From an uncultured Desulfobacter sp. (GTDB lineage Bacteria > Desulfobacterota > Desulfobacteria > Desulfobacterales > Desulfobacteraceae): a DNA stretch of 64,000 nucleotides. This document shows, in pieces, positions 9,846 through 18,148 of the stretch. The notes beneath the pieces were generated by a model that was given only the letters and a program-made list of their open reading frames with translations, was not told where the DNA came from and ran no database searches. The position numbers were made by a program, and so were the translations under genes. The stretch covers positions 6,176,001-6,240,000 of the forward strand of contig OY762069.1 of the NCBI GenBank assembly GCA_963665095.1, in the 5' to 3' direction. Each line of letters starts with the position of its first letter. Within the stretch, counting starts at the first letter, position 1.

Positions 9846-10350
9846 GTTGACACCTCTTCTTTTTGGTCAGTTCTTTCAGAATATCTGGCGTCAACTTTAC
9901 CGTTTCCTGGTCCGTGGCATCAATAATCTCTTGTAACGCATTTTTATTAAGAAGGGTGTCAAATCCAATAAAGACAAGGGTCTTGGTCGATATTAAATCT
10001 TGTAACGGTATTTGAATTAAATCCGTCGAAGAGCCTTTACCAGTAATGCTTTTGCCGGTTTTCATCTCTTGTAACGCATCTTCAGTTAAGAATGGTCTTT
10101 TGCGGGGCTTTTTTCGCTTCCAGTAACCTGGATTGGTTTGACGCCACTCCTGAACACGGGCAACATTCTCAGGACCTGAGAAATAATCCTGATTTTTGGG
10201 TTGATTCAGCCATTTTTGCTGGCTGTGTTTTTTACTGGCAATTTTACATTCTGGTTTGTCGCAAAATCTTTGCCGCTTCAAATGCCGGGGATCTGGTTTG
10301 AATAAATTTTGGCAGTTTTTACACCTGCGCTGTCGGATTTGTTTTTTCAT
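9811..10350 (-). CDS. Hypothetical zinc-finger protein (CxxC...CxxxxC, PGYW motif, repeated LQ[ED])
   Basis: Strong SD AAGGAGG; RRCKNCQNLFKPDPR...FCDKPECK...WRQTNPGYWKR; overlaps the CHC2 gene. Confidence 0.7.
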   Translation of the reverse strand: MKKQIRQRRCKNCQNLFKPDPRHLKRQRFCDKPECKIASKKHSQQKWLNQPKNQDYFSGPENVARVQEWRQTNPGYWKRKKPRKRPFLTEDALQEMKTGKSITGKGSSTDLIQIPLQDLISTKTLVFIGFDTLLNKNALQEIIDATDQETVKLTPDILKELTKKKRCQHGQTIFFKGTL

Positions 10351-10902
10351 AGACCTGATACCTCCTTAGGTCTATGATCGGACGAATGATGGCGGGGTAG
10401 TATTTTTTCAAAATATGGCGGGGTCTTGCAGGGTCCGGCTGGATCGGGCGGGGTAAAACACGCAACAAAAAAAACTCGCTACATAAATACCATAAGTGCT
10501 TAGTCAATTTTATCCCGGATTAATAAGATTTTTATCCAAGGTCGAATGGAGTAATTTTTTATCAATCTAATTTGACACTTAGTCTTTTTATCCTTATTTT
10601 CATTTTGATAATGTTTTTAGATTAGTGAATATCGCTAAGATTACGAGTCTAAACCAATTACTTGATGCAATGTTGATAACAGGAAGCCTATTTTTACTAT
10701 CTTTAATTAAACCAGCATTTAATTTAGTGACACGAAGAGTTAAACCCTTCCTGATGGAGGCAATGCCTATGGTTATCAATATATCGAATGAATTCGTTGT
10801 TAATCTCACAGCTTTTTGTATCAATGTCATCGCAACAGGGCGGACTCCACTAATCTAAGAACATTATTCGTTTAGTTCGTGGTAAGGAGCACGCACTCTG
10901 GA

Positions 10903-11145
10903 ATGAGTATAAATATAAAGCTTGTTGAATTCCGTAAAAAAATTAGAAAGAATCAAAAGAAAATTATAGATTCAATTATTGAAAATCACACAAAAAATAT
11001 TTGTATCTTTTGCGGAGAATCTGAGAACCTGACTAAAGAACATGTGATTCCCCAATGGGTTTATGACCATTGCACTAAGCGGGCTTTTGTTACTACAATA
11101 AATAACAAGTCGCAAACTTATCACATGGCAACGCTTCCATGTTGA
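10903..11145 (+). pseudogene. N-terminal fragment of an HNH-like endonuclease
   Basis: CIFCGESENLTKEHVIPQW...TLPC, then a stop where IS1634-derived sequence begins. Confidence 0.6.
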
Positions 11146-12063
11146 TTAGCCGGCAATCGGCTCAGGAAACGAATCCCGTTTCTCTGTGCAGCTATAAGGT
11201 TATCTGTGGTTACAAAGGCTGAATCTGCGACATAAATGGATGCTCCCGGCTTGAATCCATGTTCAGCCATGTGTGATGAAATATGAGATAACAGCTCATT
11301 GTTCAGGGTCTTGTCTGAAGCATTCCCGTTCTGGGTTTTTCCTATGATCGGAATATTTCGGTCTACACACAACATGGACACCATGAATTGCTTCAAATCC
11401 GGTCGTTTATCCTTGCTGTAACCGTAGGTGATATTCAATGGCGTATCGGGGTAATCTTCGTAAGCACCAAAAACGGAAACAGAGGTAGTATCAAAGTGGT
11501 GATGGCGCGTATCCAGTTTAAAACAACCGATGGCATTTTGGGAAATCTGGGAAAATATCTTTTGAGTTCCCGTCTCAAAAAGCTTGTCCAATACCCGCCC
11601 GAGATTTGTGTCGTTAAATTTATCAGGACTAATGGGTTTGCCAAAAAGCAACTCGGTATCCATCTCGTCGAAAGCCTCTTCGAGTCGGTACAAAGGAGTC
11701 CTTCCGGAGACAGTATCCATAATCATCCCAAGGACTGCATCGCCTGGCGATAGTTCCATTTTGCTATCTGTCATGGTATTGATCGTTTCAACCAGGTTGA
11801 TACGTTTAGCGTACTCTTTGAAAATCGGAAGAAATTTTACATCTGTGAAATTCCATTCCTCGGTACCTGGAATGTTCATATTTTGCCCCCCTCGGTTTTG
11901 AGTTTTTTTGGGGAGCACCATAGACTAAATATTTGTGTTTGCATAGACAAACATTTTTTATTTATTTGATTTTTATGAAATGTTTGAAAACCAAGTTAAC
12001 CTACTTATTTTAAATAATTTTAAATTGTAGGCGCTTTATCACTTGAAGGTGAGGAAAATACGA
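11145..12063 (-). mobile_element. Truncated IS1634-family element (N-terminal half of transposase, ORF 11121-11921)
   Basis: HFDTTSVSVFG, GYSKDKRPDLKQF, GNASDK, VADSA, FLSRLP; the third catalytic E region is absent. Candidate left end near 12048-12063. Confidence 0.8.
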
Positions 12064-12131
12064 TAAGTGATCCCTTCAATAATATTTTCAAAAACCGAAA
12101 TTAATATCATAGAAGTCCTTTAAAATCTAAT

Positions 12132-12160
12132 TTGACAATGCATTGTCAAGTTGTTACCAT
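12132..12160 (+). promoter_or_regulatory. Sigma70-type promoter overlapped by a perfect 18-bp palindrome (probable MarR operator)
   Basis: TTGACAATGCATTGTCAA at 12132-12149; -35 TTGACA, 17-bp spacer, TGn-TACCAT -10 at 12155-12160. Confidence 0.75.
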
Positions 12161-12166
12161 GTTGTC

Positions 12167-12607
12167 ATGGATAACGACAAACAGACACAAACGGCAGATA
12201 TTTTCATCGAGCTTGTTCTTGAGACCTTTAAATTCAACGGACTCCTTATAGCTTCAGGTGACAAATTAACTCATGAATTAGGCCTCACAAGTGCATTGTG
12301 GCAGGTTTTAGGTGCTATTCAAGAAGCATCAATCCCCATGGCTCAAATTGCAAGGAATATGGGATTAAGCAGGCAAGGGGTAAGAAGATCAACTAATGTT
12401 TTGGTGGATAAAGGACTTGTTAGATTTGAGGATAACCCTGACCACAAGCGTGCAAAGCTTGTCGTTCCAACTAAAAAAGGCCGGGAAGTACTCGAGCAAC
12501 TCGAGAAAATCCAGATAGTTTGGGCAAATGCTGTTTCGAAAGAATTCAACAATGTCGATTTAAAAAGAGCCGTACACACAATGAAAGCTTTGGGTGAAAA
12601 ATTATAA
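12167..12607 (+). CDS. MarR-family transcriptional regulator
   Basis: GLTSALWQVLGAI, QIARNMGLSRQGV, NPDHKRAKLVVPTKKG winged helix. Confidence 0.88.
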   Translation: MDNDKQTQTADIFIELVLETFKFNGLLIASGDKLTHELGLTSALWQVLGAIQEASIPMAQIARNMGLSRQGVRRSTNVLVDKGLVRFEDNPDHKRAKLVVPTKKGREVLEQLEKIQIVWANAVSKEFNNVDLKRAVHTMKALGEKL

Positions 12608-12623
12608 TTTTTAAGAGAGAAAC

Positions 12624-13160
12624 ATGAAAACACTTAATCGATCTCAGCAAAATTTTTTAAAGACATTCCATTTTATCTCAGCAGGCATTTGGATGACAGG
12701 TGTTATTATCTTGATGCTAATGCCGTTGATTTCAAAAAATATCACAATAGGTGATGAGTTATATATGTATGATCGCATATATCATTTTATTGATATAAAG
12801 ATTCTCACACCAGCCGCTGTGTTTACTCTAATAACTGGCCTGATATTTTCTGTTTTTACTAAGTGGGGATTTTTTAAACATGGCTGGCTGATATACAAAT
12901 GGGCAATTACAATGGTGATAATTCTAACGGGGACATTTTACCTGGGACCGATGGTAAAAAATATGCTTGAAATTTCAAACGTTCAACGAATTTCAGCTTT
13001 AGGTGACCCTAACTACCAAGCAGGATTGGTCATTGGGTTTTGGGCATCAATTATTAATTCAATATTACTGATAATTGCGGTCGTCGTTTCAGTTTACAAA
13101 CCTTGGAAGAATATTTCAAAATCTATTCAAATAAAACAAGGAAAGAATGATGAAGGGTAA
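12624..13160 (+). CDS. Integral membrane protein (DUF2269-like)
   Basis: Four hydrophobic segments; H near the N-terminus, TKWGFFKHGWLIYKW, SVYKPW. Confidence 0.7.
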   Translation: MKTLNRSQQNFLKTFHFISAGIWMTGVIILMLMPLISKNITIGDELYMYDRIYHFIDIKILTPAAVFTLITGLIFSVFTKWGFFKHGWLIYKWAITMVIILTGTFYLGPMVKNMLEISNVQRISALGDPNYQAGLVIGFWASIINSILLIIAVVVSVYKPWKNISKSIQIKQGKNDEG

Positions 13161-13590
13161 AATCCATCTTGTTGCTGCCACTTTGGCAACTTTATGCATA
13201 GCCACATTTTTTACATCAACGATACTCGTAGAGTTGTTTGGCTCTCCCAATTGGATTTCAACTGTAAAAGGTTTGATAGTAATGCCAGGTTTAATAATTC
13301 TCGTTATAGCCATTGCTATAACTGGAGGAACCGGGTTTGCTCTTTCAAAAAAAAGAAAGGGCAAATTGGTAGCTAACAAAAAAAGACGTATGCCAATCAT
13401 TGGCGCAAATGGTTTATTGGTGTTGATTCCAGCAGCCATATTTCTCAACCAATGGGCAACTGTACATTCTTTTGATATGAAATTTTATATCGTTCAAGGG
13501 TTGGAGTTATTAGCAGGAGCATTGAATTTATTTTTAATGGGGATGAACATGCGCGATGGCTTAAAAATGACAGGGAAAATTCGAATTTGA
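13147..13590 (+). CDS. Hypothetical 4-TM membrane protein
   Basis: Hydrophobic helices; KKRRMPIIGANGLLVLIP, NMRDGL; overlaps the upstream gene. Confidence 0.7.
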   Translation: MMKGKIHLVAATLATLCIATFFTSTILVELFGSPNWISTVKGLIVMPGLIILVIAIAITGGTGFALSKKRKGKLVANKKRRMPIIGANGLLVLIPAAIFLNQWATVHSFDMKFYIVQGLELLAGALNLFLMGMNMRDGLKMTGKIRI

Positions 13591-13824
13591 TTGAATGAAA
13601 TATAGCGAGCCCTATGTCTATTTAGTCCTGTTTTTTTTGTAAAACGGTTCACCCCTATATGTTGTGCCTGCTTTGAAAAGCCCAGAATCAATTTAATAGA
13701 ACATTATCCTGTTTTTCCGGAAACCTTTCGCCTCCAATCTTCGCCCCGCACATAGTTCCATTCCCTTTTATGGGAACTTTTTACACTTGAGCTTTACGCT
13801 AAATTAACGTAATTATAAATTATC

Positions 13825-14097
13825 ATGAATTTGGTCATTTTACACAGAAAAGCTGAGAAACAGCTAAAGAAGATTCCGACCTATATTAGAATTAATTTTC
13901 AAATTTGGGTTCAAGATGTTGAGGCAAACGGAATTGAAAATACAAGAACTGTTCCGGGATATCATGATGCGCCGTTAAAGGGACAGCGATCTGGTCAACG
14001 ATCAATAAGACTATCAAGAGCCTACAGGGCAATATATGTTGAGCATGAGGATAATATAATTATTGAAGTCATAGAGGTGAATAAACATGAGTATTAA
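13825..14097 (+). CDS. RelE/HigB-type toxin
   Basis: 90 aa; GYHDAPLKGQRSGQRSIRLSRAYRAIY; lies upstream of and overlaps an HTH gene. Confidence 0.82.
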   Translation: MNLVILHRKAEKQLKKIPTYIRINFQIWVQDVEANGIENTRTVPGYHDAPLKGQRSGQRSIRLSRAYRAIYVEHEDNIIIEVIEVNKHEY

Positions 14098-14386
14098 AGA
14101 AACACTTTCCGCAAAATTGGAAAAAGAATATGGGCCTGTCACTTTTGGCCGTGCGCTCTGGGCGTATCGGAAGGGTGAAGAAATGACTCAGACCGAATTA
14201 GCACATACCTTGGGTATATCATCTTCAAGTCTCTGTGATTTAGAAAAAGGACGTACTATACCCACTGTTCGCCGAGCCGCTAAGCTTGCTAAACAGTTAG
14301 GACAATCTGAAAAAATGTGGGTCCAGTTGGCTGTTCAGGATTCTTTTGACGACGCTGGATTGAATTATAGAATTTCCTTGGCATAA
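14087..14386 (+). CDS. HigA-type XRE HTH antitoxin
   Basis: EMTQTELAHTLGISSSSLCDLEKGR; toxin-first gene order. Confidence 0.82.
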   Translation: MSIKETLSAKLEKEYGPVTFGRALWAYRKGEEMTQTELAHTLGISSSSLCDLEKGRTIPTVRRAAKLAKQLGQSEKMWVQLAVQDSFDDAGLNYRISLA

Positions 14387-14647
14387 TTTTATAAAACAAA
14401 AAATTGAACAAGCACTAATGGTATCAAGGGTCAACCCTAACCCGAATATTTCATGACTTTTTGAGTGATTACGCAAAATGCATTATCATCACAGATTGTT
14501 ACATTAAATATTAAGATATTTTTAAACATACAAATTGTCATCCTCCGGGCGAAGTGAAATATCCGGGCTAAATCCCTATCGGCAAGGAATAGCGAAAGTA
14601 GTAAACGACTTTATTACCAATGGTTTCGGCCATAATTCATAGACATA

Positions 14648-14756
14648 GTTCCGGGCCGTGCGTCTGCCGTTCGCTGGAAGATGGAAACAATATCACAGAA
14701 AATAAATATGCCATTGCCCTGGAAGTTGCCGGGGAGGCCTTGGGTGGCTGTTGTGG
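14648..14756 (+). repeat. Right, uninterrupted copy of the ~105-bp direct repeat
   Basis: GTTCCGGGCCGTGCGTCTGCCGTTCGCTGGAAGATGG...GGGAGGCCTTGGGTGG matches 5997-6025 plus 6203-6286. Confidence 0.85.
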
Positions 14757-15043
14757 AGTGTTAAAATCTTTGCGTGCGGAACAACAGCCTGCCCAAGGCC
14801 GGATTTGGATGTGGCAGAGGGAATCGGGAACCATAGGAGTATAAGGGTAAGGGGTGTCGATAGCGGCTGGAAAGGCGGAGCCAAATTGGGTAAAGTTTAT
14901 ACTTTAAATTCTGTAATTAGATTACATGCGTTAGCCCTGGTGAAAAACAATACATTTGGAGAAATAGGTTTGACAAAAAAAATAGTGCATGCTACCCCTG
15001 TTTTAAGTAGCCAATATTAATTTCACGAGAGAGGTAAAACAGT

Positions 15044-15658
15044 TTGAATATAGTTGATAAATCAAGGGAAAAACTGCTGCTGTATGAAAACAGACATCAG
15101 ACCATACTGGATAATTCCATCCGGATTTTTAACAGCAGGGGATACAAGGCTGCGACAACTGCAATGATTGCAAGAGAATCCAATATTTCAGAGCCCACGT
15201 TGTATAAACACTTTAAAAATAAAAAACAGTTGTTTCTTGCCTGTTTCCAGTCCATTATCGGGCAGCTCTCCGTTGAAAACAAAGCGATTCTGCAAAAATA
15301 TAAAAACGATGAAATCGCCTGCATTGAAGCCATTTGCAAAGCGTATTTTGATTTTGTGGACCGCAATCCGGATAAATCCATGTTCCTTGTCCATATGCTC
15401 AGTTACAAAGATGACACCGATTTTAACACAGCCTTTGAAACCGCCATGAACAGGCAGAAAGACAGCATTGAGAAGGTGCTTGGTTCAGCTGTCAGGAAAG
15501 GAAAAGTCGACAAAAGCCTGAACTTAAAATTTTTCTCTTCCTTTTTTTGTTATCAATATTTTTGTGTGGTTGGCATGAAAGAAGATCTTGAAGATAAAAA
15601 TTTTCAATATGATCATTACTTTGACATTATTGAAAAAATTTTAGCCCACACTGCCTGA
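15044..15658 (+). CDS. TetR/AcrR-family regulator
   Basis: GYKAATTAMIARESNISEPTLYKHFKNKKQLF; TTG start with SD GAGG; TTGACA at 14970. Confidence 0.9.
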   Translation: MNIVDKSREKLLLYENRHQTILDNSIRIFNSRGYKAATTAMIARESNISEPTLYKHFKNKKQLFLACFQSIIGQLSVENKAILQKYKNDEIACIEAICKAYFDFVDRNPDKSMFLVHMLSYKDDTDFNTAFETAMNRQKDSIEKVLGSAVRKGKVDKSLNLKFFSSFFCYQYFCVVGMKEDLEDKNFQYDHYFDIIEKILAHTA

Positions 15659-15693
15659 TCCCCCTTTGCGGGGCGGCAAATGAAAAAAAAGTA

Positions 15694-15864
15694 TTGACAT
15701 GTTCATTTTTCAATAGTACTCACTATCATAAAGATTGCAGAAACTATATAAATCGATTGACTCTATTAGAAAGGGTATGGTTATCATGATCCTGAAGCAA
15801 TAGAACAAAACCAGACAGAAGTTGAGCTGTTCTTTTTTTTGTCCAATGAGTTAGTAAATACTAT
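15694..15864 (+). promoter_or_regulatory. Promoter (-35 TTGACA 15694-15699) with operators ATAGTACTCACTAT (15713-15726) and TTAGTAAATACTAT (15851-15864)
   Basis: Palindromic ATAGT-N4-ACTAT motif over the -10 region; same motif upstream of the 5533 gene. Confidence 0.6.
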
Positions 15865-15953
15865 TTAGTGTGTACTGTTCAATAACTTCGCAATAATTAA
15901 AGCTTTTGTCGCGGCTCTGAGAATTGAACCGGAAAAGGAGGCAAACCAGCACC

Positions 15954-16409
15954 ATGATTAATAAAGATCTTATAGGAAAAAAGATACTTGAATTTCAAAT
16001 GCCCGTTGAAAGGGGCAAAATTCGGGAATTTGCAAACGCTGTCACGGATAAAAGCAAAATCTATTCAGACCCGGATTATGCGGCATCCAAGGGTTTTCCA
16101 GGCGTTCCCATGCCGCCGACATTCCCGGTTACCAACGGATTTCATATTGAATCGGATAACTATGTGATGGAGATGACCCAAAAGCTTGGGATGAATGTTG
16201 CCACAAGTGTCCATGGAGAAGTTGAGTTCATTTATGAGCGGGCCGTTTGTGCCGGCGAAACCCTGCGCGGGGAAATCCATGTGGGCGATATCTATGAAAA
16301 GCAAAACGGCAATGGAAAAACCATGACATTTGTTGAGATGAAAAACCTGTTTTTCGACCGTGACAATGAACTGGTGATCACGGTGAACAATCTTTTTATT
16401 GAACGGTAA
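15954..16409 (+). CDS. MaoC-family dehydratase N-terminal-domain protein (hot-dog fold)
   Basis: PVERGKIREFANAV, PMPPTF, VHGEVEFIYERAVCAGE. Confidence 0.85.
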   Translation: MINKDLIGKKILEFQMPVERGKIREFANAVTDKSKIYSDPDYAASKGFPGVPMPPTFPVTNGFHIESDNYVMEMTQKLGMNVATSVHGEVEFIYERAVCAGETLRGEIHVGDIYEKQNGNGKTMTFVEMKNLFFDRDNELVITVNNLFIER

Positions 16410-16495
16410 ACCAGGACCATGGAAACAAACAGAAATTTTTGGGCGCCATCAGTGGATTTTACCATTTCCATGCCCCTTAAACAGCAGGAGATATC

Positions 16496-16924
16496 ATGGC
16501 TGAGTATGCATTAAAACAATTTGAAAGTGTGAAGGAAAATGAAGAACTGCCGTCATTTGACCTTAAGGTGACCCGGACTCACATCATTAAATATGTTGGT
16601 GCCGGAGGTGATTTCCAACCCATTCACCATGATGAAGCATATGCTGTGGCAAGCGGGTTGCCCTCTATTTTCGCCAACGGTCTGATGCACGGCGGCATGC
16701 TTGCAAAAGTGGTGACCAACTGGGCCGGTTACGGGGTGCTAAAGCAATATAAAATACGGTTTACTGGGATTGTATGGCCCGAAGATACCTTGCATTTTTC
16801 CGGTCATGTTGTCCGCAAAGAGCAAAAGGACAGTCAAAATCTGGCATTACTGGAGCTCAAAGTAGTCAACCAGAACAATGAAGCCGTCATAACCGGGGAG
16901 GCAACGGTCTGCCTTCCTTCATAG
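16496..16924 (+). CDS. MaoC-family (R)-hydratase
   Basis: YVGAGGDFQPIHHD hydratase motif (D-x4-H), RFTGIVWPED. Confidence 0.88.
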   Translation: MAEYALKQFESVKENEELPSFDLKVTRTHIIKYVGAGGDFQPIHHDEAYAVASGLPSIFANGLMHGGMLAKVVTNWAGYGVLKQYKIRFTGIVWPEDTLHFSGHVVRKEQKDSQNLALLELKVVNQNNEAVITGEATVCLPS

Positions 16925-16973
16925 CCGCAAACTATTTTAGCCGTACTGAAATCTGAATACAGGAGACAGAATA

Positions 16974-18119
16974 ATGGATTTTTCCCTGAGCAAAGAACAG
17001 GAGATGTTCCGCAAATCCGTGGAGGAATTTGCCAGAAAGGAGTTGCGTCCCGGAGTGGACGAACGCGCACTGACATCAGGATTTTCCCGTCTGGTATGGG
17101 AAAAACTTGGACAACTGGGCCTGACCGGCCTGAGTATCCCCGAAGATTTCGGCGGAGACGGTGAAGGGGCTGTAACCACTGTAACGGCATTGATGGCCCT
17201 TGCCAGGGCAAGCGGGGATTCAGGTCTGCTGGTGGTGCTGGCAAGCCATCTTTTGCTTACGGCCATGCCCATTGCCGAGCTGGGAACCAAAGCCCAAAAA
17301 GAGAAATACCTTCCCAAAATGGCTTCCGGCGAATTAATAGGAGCCTTTGCCCTGACCGAACCGGATGCAGGTTCCGATGCCACAAGCATGAAAACCACTG
17401 CCCGGAAAGAGGAGGGCTTCTATGTGCTGAACGGTTCCAAAACTTTTATTTCCAATGCCCCCATAGCAGATGTGTTTGTGGTGTTTGCCTCCACTGACCC
17501 GGGTGCAAGGGGAAAAGGATTATCCATGTTTATTGTGGATAAAGATACACCCGGGCTTACCACAGGCAACCCTCTTGAAAAATACAGCAACCATGATGCT
17601 CCCACAGGGGAGCTGTTTTTTGACAGCTGCCGGGTACCGGAAGAAAATCTTTTAGGCAATGAGAATCAGGGCTTTGCCCAGATGCTGTTTTCCCTGGGAT
17701 GGGAAAGAATCGCCTTTGCCCCTTATGTGGGCTTTATGGAAAATGATCTGAAGCAAAGTATTGAATACGCCAAAACCAGGGAGCAGTTCGGCCGGCCCGT
17801 GGGGAAATTTCAACTGGTCCAGGCAATGATAGCAGAGATGAAAATCGACATTGAAGCCTCCCGCCACCTGGTTTACCACCTGGCCTGGAAAAAAGACCAG
17901 GGCCAGGACATCAGCCTGGATGCAGCCGTTGCAAAGACCTTTATCACGGAAGCTGCATTCCGGGTGGCAGATAAGGCAATCCAGATCCACGGAGGCAACG
18001 GATGCATGGTGGAATACCCTGTGGGGCGAAGTCTTTGGAGCGCTAAAATGGGGATGATCGGCGGAGGCACCTCCCAGATGCAGCGAACCATTATCGGACG
18101 TATGGTCTTAGGAATCTAA
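16974..18119 (+). CDS. Acyl-CoA dehydrogenase
   Basis: FALTEPDAGSDA, NGSKTFISN, REQFGRPVGKFQ, IQIHGGNG, IGGGTSQMQR. Confidence 0.93.
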   Translation: MDFSLSKEQEMFRKSVEEFARKELRPGVDERALTSGFSRLVWEKLGQLGLTGLSIPEDFGGDGEGAVTTVTALMALARASGDSGLLVVLASHLLLTAMPIAELGTKAQKEKYLPKMASGELIGAFALTEPDAGSDATSMKTTARKEEGFYVLNGSKTFISNAPIADVFVVFASTDPGARGKGLSMFIVDKDTPGLTTGNPLEKYSNHDAPTGELFFDSCRVPEENLLGNENQGFAQMLFSLGWERIAFAPYVGFMENDLKQSIEYAKTREQFGRPVGKFQLVQAMIAEMKIDIEASRHLVYHLAWKKDQGQDISLDAAVAKTFITEAAFRVADKAIQIHGGNGCMVEYPVGRSLWSAKMGMIGGGTSQMQRTIIGRMVLGI

Positions 18120-18148
18120 ATGTGTAAACGCGAAAGGAGTTATAAATC

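Larger units (their letters stand above)
6491..10493 (-). mobile_element. RIT-like (recombinase-in-trio) element with two extra zinc-finger genes
   Basis: Three overlapping tyrosine recombinase genes. Ends AATACCAT-TATGTTGCGAG (6491-6509) and CTCGCTACATA-AATACCAT (10475-10493): 11-bp inverted arms with 1 mismatch plus an 8-bp direct repeat. Confidence 0.85.

Noticed and set aside
9926..10079. 69-bp periodic repeats as a mini CRISPR array
   Set aside because: Only 16-bp repeats, three copies, inside an intact ORF, non-palindromic, and no cas genes in the window.
10600..10858. Short overlapping ORFs just right of the RIT element, considered as an interrupted target gene
   Set aside because: No recognisable motifs, and I found no convincing reading frame across the reconstructed empty site.
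10855..13730. GAACATTAT at about 10859 and 13700 as integron-like cassette sites
   Set aside because: No attC-like palindromes and no integron-integrase signature in the recombinases.
14530..14610. c-di-GMP-I riboswitch-like fragment (CCGGGCTAAATCCC...ATAGCG)
   Set aside because: The GGCAAAC...GAAA...GACGCAAAGC core is missing and no gene lies directly downstream.
14620..14844. 74-aa ORF over the right repeat, faintly GNAT-like (YAIALEVAGEALGG)
   Set aside because: No SD, the frame is not preserved in the left copy, and the similarity is too short to support.
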